A DNA stretch of 64,000 bases from Lachnospiraceae bacterium (GCA_045627745.1 JAZQOI010000006.1:8930-72929), one strand, 5' to 3'. Numbered from the stretch's first letter, positions 26,562 through 35,797 are shown. Program-made: numbers and translations. The notes: a model not told the origin generated them from the letters alone.

Positions 26562-26821
26562 TAGTTATTAATTCACCTGTTCTAAATTAGCTGCACTCTC
26601 ACAAAAACATTCTGCGTAAATGGTATAGACAGTTATTTAGAAACCGATGTGCTGGAATTTATAGTCGATTTTGTGGTTGTATATTACGAAAATATTTATA
26701 AATTTAGTCACAATAGGCTTGAAATGCAGTACAATATGTAACATACAGAACCAAAAATGATAAAATTTTAAATCAAATTCTCGAATAGTTTGAAAATACC
26801 TATAAATTAAAAAAATTTTCT

Positions 26822-26861
26822 ACAAACAAGCGCGTAATCGTTGATTATTGCGCTTGTTTGT
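26822..26861. promoter_or_regulatory. perfect 12-bp inverted repeat ACAAACAAGCGC-N16-GCGCTTGTTTGT overlapping the codY promoter
   Basis: Arms at 26822-26833 and 26850-26861. The loop contains the putative -35 and the right arm fills the promoter spacer. Confidence 0.5.
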
Positions 26862-26869
26862 GCTATGAT
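26841..26869 (+). promoter_or_regulatory. sigmaA-type promoter for codY (TTGATT-N17-TATGAT with TGn extension)
   Basis: TTGATT at 26841-26846 and TGcTATGAT at 26861-26869. A second 7-bp hairpin GATTTGT[TTGC]ACAAATC lies at 26883-26900 in the predicted leader. Confidence 0.45.
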
Positions 26870-26935
26870 ATTTTTGTTGTAAGATTTGTTTGCACAAATC
26901 AAAAAATGGGCTGCTTATGATTTGGAGGTACTAGA

Positions 26936-27715
26936 ATGAGTAGTGTTCAGTTATTAGATAAAACCCGAATGATTCAGAAACTATTGCATAATAATAGTTC
27001 CAGTAAGGTAGTATTCAATGATATTTGCGATGTGTTAAAGGATATTCTTTCGTCGAATGTATTGGTTATCAGTAAAAAAGGCAAGATACTTGGAACCGGT
27101 GCGTGTAAGGAAATCGGAGAAATAGAAGGTCTTCTTAAATATGAGGTTGGTGGAATAATAGATCATATGTTGAATGAACGCTTATTGGGAGTACTTTCTA
27201 CAAAGGAGAATGTTAACCTTGAAACGCTTGGTTTTGAGGGCAATGACAGTCATAAATATCAGGCAATTGTAACTCCTATTGATATTGCAGGTGAAAGACT
27301 TGGAACTTTATTTATCTATAAGGTTAAGGAACAGTATACAATTGACGATATAATATTGTGTGAATATGGATCTACTGTTGTAGGACTTGAAATGCTTAGA
27401 GCTGTAAATGAAGAGAGTGCAGAGGAAAGTAGAAAGCTTCAGGTTGTTAAATCAGCTATAGGAACATTATCCTTCTCGGAAATGGAAGCAATTATTCATA
27501 TATTTGAAGAACTTAACGGTAATGAAGGTATTCTTGTTGCCAGTAAAATAGCGGACAGAGTTGGAATAACAAGATCTGTTATAGTTAATGCCTTGAGAAA
27601 ATTTGAAAGTGCCGGAGTAATTGAATCCAGATCCTCAGGAATGAAGGGAACATACATTAAGGTTCTGAATCCTGTGATTTTTGATGAGATTGATGAGCTT
27701 AAGAAGAAAAAATAA
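26936..27715 (+). CDS. codY: GTP/BCAA-sensing pleiotropic transcriptional repressor CodY
   Basis: 259 aa. N-terminal GAF-like region and C-terminal wHTH ASKIADRVGITRSVIVNALRKFESAGVIESRS. Position immediately upstream of flgB as in Bacillus. Confidence 0.95.
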   Translation: MSSVQLLDKTRMIQKLLHNNSSSKVVFNDICDVLKDILSSNVLVISKKGKILGTGACKEIGEIEGLLKYEVGGIIDHMLNERLLGVLSTKENVNLETLGFEGNDSHKYQAIVTPIDIAGERLGTLFIYKVKEQYTIDDIILCEYGSTVVGLEMLRAVNEESAEESRKLQVVKSAIGTLSFSEMEAIIHIFEELNGNEGILVASKIADRVGITRSVIVNALRKFESAGVIESRSSGMKGTYIKVLNPVIFDEIDELKKKK

Positions 27716-27782
27716 GTTACAGTTCATGGACTGAACAATAAAAGAAATATGGTTTCTTATAAATGGATTTGTAAGATATAGT

Positions 27783-27820
27783 AAACGGATTTGCGAATAT
27801 GCAAATCCGTTTTGTTCTGT
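27783..27820 (+). terminator. rho-independent terminator after codY
   Basis: Perfect 12-bp stem AAACGGATTTGC/GCAAATCCGTTT (27783-27794 / 27801-27812) with a 6-nt loop and a T-rich tail. Confidence 0.75.
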
Positions 27821-27851
27821 TACAGGTTATGGACTGAAATATAACTTATGT

Positions 27852-27879
27852 TTGATTATTTGCAAGATATATTTATAAG
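27852..27879 (+). promoter_or_regulatory. candidate sigmaA promoter of the fla/che cluster (TTGATT-N16-TATAAG)
   Basis: TTGATT at 27852-27857 and TATAAG at 27874-27879, about 110 nt upstream of flgB. Several other AT-rich near-matches exist, so the assignment is tentative. Confidence 0.25.
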
Positions 27880-27986
27880 TCAATCACTATATAATGTATG
27901 CTTCTGTGCTTTTTTTGCTTACAACATACTAAACTACTTGTGTTTTTGTGGAATTTCTTTATAATAGAAAAGGGTAGGTGAGTATA

Positions 27987-28385
27987 ATGTTTAATACGGA
28001 TGTTTATAATTATGTTAACGTATTGGGAAAGGCTGCAGATGGAGCCTGGCTTCGTAATGAAGCAATTTCCAATAATATTGCAAATGTAGATACTCCTAAT
28101 TACAAGCGTCAGGATGTATCTTTCGAAAATGAGCTTAAGCATGCTCTTAAGGCTTCGAAGTATGTTAGCCTTGATGATAAGGTTAATCAGCTTAATCGAA
28201 GTTCCTTGTCCAGAATCGAACCCCGTACTTACACAGATCATTCTAATTTTTCCTACAGACTTGATGGTAATAATGTTGATATTGATACCGAGAATGTGGA
28301 GCTTGCTTCCAATCAGATTAAGTATAATGCTTTGATTCAGAGTATTAATCAGGAATTCACTAATTTAAAGTCTGTTATGAAATAG
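27987..28385 (+). CDS. flgB: flagellar basal-body rod protein FlgB
   Basis: ORF 27978-28385, ATG 27987 after AAGGGTAGGTG. ISNNIANVDTPNYKRQDV rod-protein N-terminal motif. Confidence 0.9.
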   Translation: MFNTDVYNYVNVLGKAADGAWLRNEAISNNIANVDTPNYKRQDVSFENELKHALKASKYVSLDDKVNQLNRSSLSRIEPRTYTDHSNFSYRLDGNNVDIDTENVELASNQIKYNALIQSINQEFTNLKSVMK

Positions 28386-28449
28386 GGTTACTATTTTTAA
28401 TTGTTTCCGGTTAGTGACTGAATGGCAACCGGGTAGGGAGGTGTAGAAT

Positions 28450-28896
28450 ATGAGTATATTTAAGTCTTTTGGCGTTAATGCATCAGGTATGACTGCAGAA
28501 AGATATCGTATGGATATTATTTCGCAGAATGTCGCCAATGCTAATACAACCAGAACTGAGGATGGAACACCATACAGACGTAAGGTGGTGACTTTTTCAG
28601 AGAAAACCAATGACCCTACTTCCTTTGGAACGATTTTTGCCAAAAGTCGTGGAATGGATGTGGGTGACGGTGTTAAAGTAAGTAAGGTTTATGAGGATTA
28701 TACAGAGGACATGAAGAGGGTATATGATCCTTCACATCCGGATGCGGACGATGACGGATATGTATGGTATCCTAATGTGAATATTGTCACAGAAATGACG
28801 AATATGATTGATTCAACGAGAGCCTTTGAAGCAAATGCGACAGCCTTTACAGCCAGCAAGAGTATGGCAATGAAGGGGCTTGAAATAGGTCAGTAA
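28450..28896 (+). CDS. flgC: flagellar basal-body rod protein FlgC
   Basis: 148 aa. ASGMTAERYRMDIISQNVANANTTR and C-terminal MIDSTRAFEANATAF. Confidence 0.95.
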   Translation: MSIFKSFGVNASGMTAERYRMDIISQNVANANTTRTEDGTPYRRKVVTFSEKTNDPTSFGTIFAKSRGMDVGDGVKVSKVYEDYTEDMKRVYDPSHPDADDDGYVWYPNVNIVTEMTNMIDSTRAFEANATAFTASKSMAMKGLEIGQ

Positions 28897-28935
28897 TTAA
28901 GCCGGCATTGTTGAGCAGTATAAGGGGGAACAAGC

Positions 28936-29253
28936 ATGGATATATCATCATTATATAATTTAGGATCTTCGGCAATTGCCAATGCATGGAATAAGGCATC
29001 GACTAATGTAGGTGATGCTACAGATGACAGCTTTTCGGCATTGCTTGGCTCGGCTATGAGCAATATAAATGAAACAAATAATTTATTGAATGAGTCAGAG
29101 GAAGAAGAGGTTAAGTTTGCTCTGGGAATATCTAATAATACTCATGATTTAAGTATTGCAGCAGCCAAGGCGTCTACTGCTCTTAGCTATACTGTTGCGC
29201 TTAGAGATAAGTTTATTGAGGCTTATAAGGAGATTATGCAGATTCAGATATAA
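28936..29253 (+). CDS. fliE: flagellar hook-basal body complex protein FliE
   Basis: 105 aa. FSALLGSAMSNINETNN and C-terminal ALRDKFIEAYKEIMQIQI. Position between flgC and fliF. Confidence 0.85.
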   Translation: MDISSLYNLGSSAIANAWNKASTNVGDATDDSFSALLGSAMSNINETNNLLNESEEEEVKFALGISNNTHDLSIAAAKASTALSYTVALRDKFIEAYKEIMQIQI

Positions 29254-29311
29254 TCGGAAGTTTAATGAACATGTATTGATTGTGGGAGACTATTCGTTAT
29301 TGCTTTTGACT

Positions 29312-29340
29312 TTGACAGTATAGAATACGATAACGATTAT
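29312..29340 (+). promoter_or_regulatory. possible internal promoter before fliF (TTGACA-N17-GATTAT; duplicated TTGACTTTGACA)
   Basis: TTGACA at 29312-29317 and GATTAT at 29335-29340, in the 118-nt fliE-fliF spacer. The -10 is weak. Confidence 0.2.
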
Positions 29341-29371
29341 TCCTTTAGAAAAAAGGATAAGGGATGTTTAT

Positions 29372-30988
29372 ATGTTAGACAGATTAAAAGAAATTCCGCA
29401 GAAAATATTAGAGTGGTGGAATAAATTTTCTTCGAAGCAGAAAACCATAATAATCAGTGTTACTGCCGGCGTAATTATTGCGCTGGCTGTTCTTGTTACT
29501 ATTCTTACAAGACCACAGTATGAGGTCCTTATTACCTGCGAAACAACAAAGGAAGCATCTGAGATTATTGACTTGTTGGAAGGCGATGGTATTGAATATA
29601 CTGTTACAGATGATGGTCTCATTATTTCTGTTCTAAAGGAAGATATTTCTACTGCAACATTGTTGCTGGGTGCTAACAGCTATCCCGCTGACAGCTATAG
29701 TATTGAAAGCGCCTTGAGCGGTGGATTTTCTTCTACAGAGTCAGATAAACAGAAGACCTATAAGCTGTACCAGGAAGGACACCTTGAGGATATTATGGAG
29801 GCACAGGCTGCCGTAAATGCAGCTTATGTAACTCTTTCTATTCCGGATAACGACGGTACTCTTTTGTCTAAGGAAGAGGAGAGCTACGCCAGCGTCATGC
29901 TTGAGCTTAATGAAGAGCTTGGAGTAGGTGTGGCAGAGAATTTTGCCAAGAATATTGCAACAGCTCTTGGCAATAAGACAACAGACAATATTACTATTAT
30001 TGATTCAAATGGTAATCTGCTTTTCTCAGGCGCAGATGCTGCAGCAGAGAGTTCATCTGTTGTTAATACGTCTAATCAGATAGCGCTTAAATCAGAAGCC
30101 GAACGGCTTGTTAAACAGGAGGTTACGCAGGTTTTACTTGGTTCTAACCTTTATGAGGATGTAAAGGTTGCACCTAATCTTGTACTTGATTTTTCGGCTA
30201 CTAACGAAACGGAGCACAAGTACACACAGGCTGATGAGAACGGACAAAATGTATTATCCCATGAGGATACCTATGAAGCTGAGGGAAGCGGAGGCACGGA
30301 AGGTGTTCCGGGAACTGATACTAACAACGAAGAAACTACATACGTAATGGAAAACGGTTCCAATTCCGATTACACAGTTGCAGAGGAATCCCGTGACTAT
30401 CTTCCTTCGGAGAAGATTACAGATAAATCGGTTCCACCCGGAGCTATTAAGTATGATGAATCTTCCATTGCTATTACTGCATCGCATTATGTTATTTATA
30501 AAGAGAGTGAACTGAAAAATCAAGGACTTCTTGACGGAATTACATTTGATGAATTTGTTGCAGAGAATTCAGATATGGTAAAGAAGGAAGTTGATGAGGA
30601 AATGGTTACTCTTGTTGCAAATGCGACAGGTATTCCATCTACCAATATATCAATTATTGCCTACGATGTGCCTATTTTCCAGGCTAATGAAGGTAGTAAG
30701 TTAGGTGTATCTGATATTGCACAGATAGCATTGATTGTTATTATTCTTGCACTTTTGGCTGTGGTTGTATTCTCTAGTCTTCGTAAGGAGAAGGTTGAGG
30801 TTGAGCCGGAGGAAGAGCTTTCTGTTGAAGATCTTCTTCAGACTACCGGACAGGAAGAGCTGGAGATTGAAGATATTGAGCTTGAGAACAAGTCGGAAGT
30901 CAGACTTATGGTTGAGAAATTTGTTGATGATAACCCGGATGCTGCAGCAGCATTGTTGCGTAACTGGTTGAATGATGATTGGGGGTAG
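29372..30988 (+). CDS. fliF: flagellar MS-ring protein FliF
   Basis: 538 aa. N-terminal TM, periplasmic ring-building region, C-terminal TM, then DNPDAAAALLRNWL (FliG-binding tail). Confidence 0.9.
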   Translation: MLDRLKEIPQKILEWWNKFSSKQKTIIISVTAGVIIALAVLVTILTRPQYEVLITCETTKEASEIIDLLEGDGIEYTVTDDGLIISVLKEDISTATLLLGANSYPADSYSIESALSGGFSSTESDKQKTYKLYQEGHLEDIMEAQAAVNAAYVTLSIPDNDGTLLSKEEESYASVMLELNEELGVGVAENFAKNIATALGNKTTDNITIIDSNGNLLFSGADAAAESSSVVNTSNQIALKSEAERLVKQEVTQVLLGSNLYEDVKVAPNLVLDFSATNETEHKYTQADENGQNVLSHEDTYEAEGSGGTEGVPGTDTNNEETTYVMENGSNSDYTVAEESRDYLPSEKITDKSVPPGAIKYDESSIAITASHYVIYKESELKNQGLLDGITFDEFVAENSDMVKKEVDEEMVTLVANATGIPSTNISIIAYDVPIFQANEGSKLGVSDIAQIALIVIILALLAVVVFSSLRKEKVEVEPEEELSVEDLLQTTGQEELEIEDIELENKSEVRLMVEKFVDDNPDAAAALLRNWLNDDWG

Positions 30989-30994
30989 AATACG

Positions 30995-32014
30995 ATGATG
31001 CCACAACAATTGGATGATTCACTATCCGGAGTACAGAAGGGGGCAATTCTGTTGATTGCCTTAGGTCCTGAGAGATCGGCGCTTATTTTTAAATACCTAA
31101 AAGAGGAAGAAATAGAAGATTTAACTCTTGAAATTGCCAATACCCGAAGCGTTACGCCACAGATAAAGGAACAGGTTATTGAAGAATTTTATCAGGTGTG
31201 TCTTGCACAGCAGTATATTGCAGAGGGTGGTATCGGCTATGCCAAGGAGCTTTTGGAGAAGGCACTTGGTTCAGAAAAAGCAATGGATGTTATTGGAAAG
31301 CTTACTGCTTCTCTTCAGGTTAAGCCATTTGAATTTATCAGAAAAACAGAAGCTTCACAGCTTCTTAACTTTATACAGGATGAACATCCTCAGACCATTG
31401 CACTTATATTGTCATATTTAAATGCATCACAGTCGGCACTTATTATTTCAGCACTCCCGCCTGACAGGCAGGCTGATGTTGCAAGGAGAATTGCACTTAT
31501 GGACAGAACATCTCCTGACGTAGTTAAGGATGTTGAGAAGATTCTGGAAGGAAAGCTTGCATCACTTGTTAACCAGGATTATACAATCATCGGTGGTGTG
31601 GATTCCGTTGTAGAAATTCTTAATACTGTAGATAGAACAACTGAGAAACATATTATGGAAACCCTTGAAATTGACGAGCCGGAGCTTGCTGATGAAATCA
31701 GAAAGAAGATGTTCGTATTTGAGGATATTTTGTTGCTTGATGACCGTGCTATTCAGCGTGTGCTTCGTGATGTTGATAATGGCGACCTGGCTGTTGCTCT
31801 TAAGAGTGCTAATGTCGAGGTTCAGAATGCAATCTTCCATAACCTTTCAAAGCGTCTTGCTGTTATGATTAAGGAGGACATGGACTTTATGGGTCCTGTT
31901 CGAATGAAGGATGTTGAAGAGGCACAGCAGAAGATTGTTAATATTATCAGAAGACTTGAAGACTCGGCTGAGATTGTTATTTCGCGAGGTGGAGGTGACG
32001 AGATAGTTGTCTAA
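30995..32014 (+). CDS. fliG: flagellar motor switch protein FliG
   Basis: 339 aa. GVQKGAILLIALG..., EHPQTIALILSYL, MFVFEDI and a C-terminal torque-helix region. Confidence 0.95.
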   Translation: MMPQQLDDSLSGVQKGAILLIALGPERSALIFKYLKEEEIEDLTLEIANTRSVTPQIKEQVIEEFYQVCLAQQYIAEGGIGYAKELLEKALGSEKAMDVIGKLTASLQVKPFEFIRKTEASQLLNFIQDEHPQTIALILSYLNASQSALIISALPPDRQADVARRIALMDRTSPDVVKDVEKILEGKLASLVNQDYTIIGGVDSVVEILNTVDRTTEKHIMETLEIDEPELADEIRKKMFVFEDILLLDDRAIQRVLRDVDNGDLAVALKSANVEVQNAIFHNLSKRLAVMIKEDMDFMGPVRMKDVEEAQQKIVNIIRRLEDSAEIVISRGGGDEIVV

Positions 32015-32879
32015 TCTGTTGAAATCACATTCAGTTGTAAGTAATAAAGAAACAAGAGTTATTGACTCTAATGAATTAATCGCAAGCAGGTTACAGATGC
32101 TTAGTGAGATTGCTAGTCGCGCCACTTTTGATGGTGAAGAGGATGAGGATGGCTTCAAGCCGGGGTTGAATGCAGAGCAGCTTGAAATGCTTTTTGAAGA
32201 TAATCCTGACAGGGATACAGCTGATGAAGGCTATTTAGGTGAGGAAGAATATGATGCTCCTCCGGTTGAAGAGACTTTTGCAGAAAGCAATGAACTGGCG
32301 CAGGAAATTTTGGATCAGGCAAGGGCTGAGGCTGAAAGTATTATTAATGATGCTAGGGCTTTAGAAGCCGATATTAAAAAGGATGCCTTTGAACAGGGAA
32401 GAGAAGAGGGCTATGCAAAGGGTCATGAGGAAGCTCTTAGTATTATTGATGAAAAGACCCGTGAACTTGAAATGAAGGAAAATGAGCTCAGGGAAGAGTA
32501 TGAAAAAAAACTTGAAGATATGGAACCCATGCTCGTAGATACAATTACCGATATTTATGAGCATATTTTTCATATTTCTTTATCTTCAAATCGTGAGATT
32601 ATGCTTAATCTTATTCACGATACTGTTCGTAATGTTGAAGGCGGAAAGAATTATATTGTTCATATATCGAAAAATGATTATGAGTATGTTTCTGCTCGTA
32701 AGGACCAGCTTACAGATGGATTGGGAAGTACCGACACAGTAGAAGTAATTGAGGACTTGACTTTGACACAGTCGGAATGCTTTGTTGAAGCTGAAGGCGG
32801 AATATATGATTGTGGTATCGGAACAGAGCTTGAATTGTTAAAGAAGGAGTTAATGCTTCTTTCCTACAGAAAGAATTAA
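32007..32879 (+). CDS. fliH: flagellar export ATPase regulator FliH
   Basis: 290 aa. TTG start overlaps the fliG stop by 8 nt and follows GGTGGAGGTG. Acidic N-half, coiled coil AQEILDQARAEAESIINDA, C-terminal FliH domain. The start is uncertain by a few codons. Confidence 0.8.
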   Translation: MSNLLKSHSVVSNKETRVIDSNELIASRLQMLSEIASRATFDGEEDEDGFKPGLNAEQLEMLFEDNPDRDTADEGYLGEEEYDAPPVEETFAESNELAQEILDQARAEAESIINDARALEADIKKDAFEQGREEGYAKGHEEALSIIDEKTRELEMKENELREEYEKKLEDMEPMLVDTITDIYEHIFHISLSSNREIMLNLIHDTVRNVEGGKNYIVHISKNDYEYVSARKDQLTDGLGSTDTVEVIEDLTLTQSECFVEAEGGIYDCGIGTELELLKKELMLLSYRKN

Positions 32880-32883
32880 GGGG

Positions 32884-34191
32884 ATGCCATTGTACACTGC
32901 AAAATACGAAAGTGCAAAAGAAAAAGTATACTACAAGCGTCTTGGTAAGGTTGTAAATGTTGTTGGACTTACCATAGAATCGCTGGGACCTGATGCCAAT
33001 CTTAATGATTTATGCAAAATCATGTTAGATAAGGATGGAGAGAATTTCTGCCTTGCGGAGGTTGTAGGCTTTAGAAATAACAGAACACTTCTTATGCCTT
33101 GTGATAGTACTGAGGGTATAGGTTTTGGCTGCATTGTTGAAAATCTTGGGTATCCGCTTTCTGTTACGGTGGGGGAGGATATGCTTGGTAAATGTCTGGA
33201 TGGACTTGGCAGACCTGTTGACGGCTCCACTATTAAATCTGCCGAAAGCTATCCTGTTGAGGCACCGCCTCCGGACCCCATGGCACGAATAATAATTGAT
33301 ACGCCGCTTCCTTTGGGAGTTAAAGCTGTTGATGGAATAATGAGTATTGGAAAAGGACAAAGAATTGGTATTTTCGCAGGCTCCGGTGTTGGTAAGAGTA
33401 CATTACTTGGTATGTTTGCCCGAAATACAAGGGCTGATATAAATGTTATAGCTCTAATCGGAGAGCGTGGTCGTGAGGTTCGTGAGTTTATTGAGCGAGA
33501 TATGGGCGAAGAAGGTATGAAGCGTTCTGTACTTGTAGTGGCTACCTCAGATAAACCGGCGCTTATGAGAAAAAAGGCGGCCTTGACAGCTACAGCTATT
33601 GCTGAATATTTCAGAGATCAGGGAAAAGATGTTCTTCTGATGATGGACTCTTTAACACGATTTTCCATGGCACAGCGAGAAATAGGACTTGCCAGTGGAG
33701 AGCCACCTGTTACAAGAGGGTACCCGCCCAGCGTTTATGCTGAAATGCCCAGGCTTCTTGAGAGAGCCGGCAATTCTGACAAGGGTTCCATTACGGGCTT
33801 GTATACCGTTCTTGTTGATGGTGATGATTTTAATGAACCTATTACCGATACTGCTCGTAGTATTCTGGATGGTCATATTATGCTTAATCGTAAGCTGGCT
33901 CATAAGAATCATTATCCTGCAATTGATATTCTACAGAGTATTTCAAGATGTATGAGTCAGATTACAACAAAGGAGCATAAAGCACTTTCCGGTAAGCTAA
34001 AGAATGTTCTTGCAACATATTCCGAAGCCGAGGATTTGATTAATATTGGAGCTTATAAGTCGGGAGCTAATCCAAGTATTGACTATGCTATTGAAAAAAT
34101 AAATAAGGTTAATGAGTATTTGTGTCAGACCACAGATTCTAAGTATACCTTTGAGGAAGAGCTGGATTTGCTTAGAGAAATATTTGAATAA
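32884..34191 (+). CDS. fliI: flagellum-specific export ATPase FliI
   Basis: 435 aa. Walker A GSGVGKST and Walker B LLMMDSLTR. F1-beta-like. Confidence 0.95.
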   Translation: MPLYTAKYESAKEKVYYKRLGKVVNVVGLTIESLGPDANLNDLCKIMLDKDGENFCLAEVVGFRNNRTLLMPCDSTEGIGFGCIVENLGYPLSVTVGEDMLGKCLDGLGRPVDGSTIKSAESYPVEAPPPDPMARIIIDTPLPLGVKAVDGIMSIGKGQRIGIFAGSGVGKSTLLGMFARNTRADINVIALIGERGREVREFIERDMGEEGMKRSVLVVATSDKPALMRKKAALTATAIAEYFRDQGKDVLLMMDSLTRFSMAQREIGLASGEPPVTRGYPPSVYAEMPRLLERAGNSDKGSITGLYTVLVDGDDFNEPITDTARSILDGHIMLNRKLAHKNHYPAIDILQSISRCMSQITTKEHKALSGKLKNVLATYSEAEDLINIGAYKSGANPSIDYAIEKINKVNEYLCQTTDSKYTFEEELDLLREIFE

Positions 34192-34232
34192 ATATTTAAT
34201 TGCTTGAAATGAGTATTTAAAGGGAGGATATT

Positions 34233-34673
34233 ATGGCGAAATTTTTTTACAAGATGCAGAATATCCTTGATATAAAATATAAGCTTGAAACCCAGGCTAA
34301 GAATGAATTTGCGGTTGCAAATGCAGAACTTGATGAGGAAGAGGAAAAATTAAAGGTTCTTAGTGAAAGAAGAGATAATTATGAGAACCATTTAAAGGAG
34401 CTGTATCTTCATAATCTTAACATTCAGGAAATAAATGAAACGGCAAATGCCGTTGAAACAATAAAATATCATATTAAGCTTCAAATGGTAAATGTTTCCA
34501 GAGCAAAGAACAAAGTGGAAATAGCAAGAGCCAAGCTTCAGGAGGCAGTGCAGGAAAGAAAGACACACGAGAAGCTTAAAGAAAATGCCTTTGAAGAATT
34601 TATAGCTGATATGGCTACTGCAGAAAGTAAGGAAATTGATGAGCTTGTAAGCTATAGACACGGCAGAAGCTAG
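34233..34673 (+). CDS. fliJ: flagellar export chaperone/stalk protein FliJ
   Basis: 146-aa all-coiled-coil protein directly after fliI. NILDIKYKLETQAKNEF start typical of FliJ. Confidence 0.8.
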   Translation: MAKFFYKMQNILDIKYKLETQAKNEFAVANAELDEEEEKLKVLSERRDNYENHLKELYLHNLNIQEINETANAVETIKYHIKLQMVNVSRAKNKVEIARAKLQEAVQERKTHEKLKENAFEEFIADMATAESKEIDELVSYRHGRS

Positions 34674-34938
34674 TATATCTTAATGTTGACTACACCTTAT
34701 TTCTTGCCTTTTTTACGATAGCACAGATTCATAAAGCTTCATCGTAGTGACACTGCGCCTATGTTTTATGAACTGCACACGCGCATAGCATTCTACATAA
34801 ATGGTATAGTCATAAGCCTTCGGCAGATTGCGAAGATGAGCCGGTGAATAGCTTTTGGTCTAATACGTCGAGGCGTATTAGAAAGCCTAGTGCGTTACTA
34901 TAGTTAAGTGGGAATATGTAATAATCAGGAGTTAATAT

Positions 34939-35781
34939 ATGGCTGATGATAATGAAAAACTGGAAGCTAAAAATGGTGGAGGTTCCGGTAAGAAAAAGAA
35001 AAAAGATAAGTTTGATGCAGCAGTAACAGATAATGGAACCATGTATCTTGATGGAGAGGATGATGAGGAGGAAAGCTCATTATCAATGGCTCTTATTACT
35101 GTTCTTATAATTGTTATATGGCTTGGAATACTATGTCTTCTTGTGAAATTGGATGTAGGTGGTTTCGGTTCCGGAGTAATGTATCCTATATTTAAAAATG
35201 TTCCGGGAATTAATAAGATTCTTCCCGATAAGGATGTTTTTGTGGAGGAGAATAAAAGCTTTAATGATATTGATGATGCATTGGATGAGATAGAACGTTT
35301 ACAGGCTGAAAACGAGGAGCTTAAGGCTGAGCTTGAGAAAAACAATAGTTCGGATTCCTCTCAGGAGGAAATTGCTACTCTCAAGGAAGAAATCAAGCGC
35401 CTGCAGACCTTTGAAAACTCACAGATTGAATTTCAGAAGCTTAAAACGGAGTTCTATGAAGAGGTGGTATTTGCTGAGGAGGCTCCGGATATTGCCAATT
35501 ATAAGGCGTATTATGAAAGCATAGATCCTGAAAATGCTGAGTATTTATATAAGCAGGTTGTAGAGCAGATGGCAGATGATGCTGAATTGGAAGAATATGT
35601 TAAGGCCTACAGCTCTATGAAGCCTAAGAGCGCTGCTGCTGTGTTTGAGGAAATGACGGACAATCTTGAGCTGGTTGCTAAGATTCTTGGTGCAATGGAT
35701 ACAGATTCAAGAGCAAAGATTCTTAATGTTATGAGCGCTGAGGTTGCATCGAAGCTTACAAAAATAATGGATCCTGATTAA
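34939..35781 (+). CDS. YlxF/MotE-like flagellar protein (TM + coiled coil + MgtE-N-like C-terminal domain)
   Basis: 280 aa. Lys-rich N-terminus, one TM (LITVLIIVIWLGILCLLV), coiled coil, C-terminal KPKSAAAVFEEMTDNLELVAKILGAMDTDSRAKILNVMSAEVASKL. Same position as Bacillus ylxF, between fliJ and fliK. Confidence 0.55.
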   Translation: MADDNEKLEAKNGGGSGKKKKKDKFDAAVTDNGTMYLDGEDDEEESSLSMALITVLIIVIWLGILCLLVKLDVGGFGSGVMYPIFKNVPGINKILPDKDVFVEENKSFNDIDDALDEIERLQAENEELKAELEKNNSSDSSQEEIATLKEEIKRLQTFENSQIEFQKLKTEFYEEVVFAEEAPDIANYKAYYESIDPENAEYLYKQVVEQMADDAELEEYVKAYSSMKPKSAAAVFEEMTDNLELVAKILGAMDTDSRAKILNVMSAEVASKLTKIMDPD

Positions 35782-35797
35782 TGGGGAATTAATAAAG

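Noticed and set aside
26740-26835. Possible CodY boxes (AATTTTCWGAAAATT-like) upstream of codY, e.g. AATTTTCTACAAACA and AATTCTCGAATAGTT; also near flgB (about 27952-27966)
   Set aside because: The best matches by eye are only 10-11 of 15 positions in very AT-rich DNA. That is indistinguishable from chance without a weight-matrix scan.
27873-28241. 122-aa minus-strand ORF spanning the flgB promoter region and the flgB 5' end
   Set aside because: It overlaps a clear flgB coding frame. The remainder is AT-rich promoter DNA. The composition is non-protein-like.
34761-34847. 28-codon ATG ORF (MFYELHTRIAFYINGIVISLRQIAKMSR) in the fliJ-ylxF spacer
   Set aside because: It has no Shine-Dalgarno sequence upstream and no recognisable peptide features. 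It is too short to support from sequence alone.
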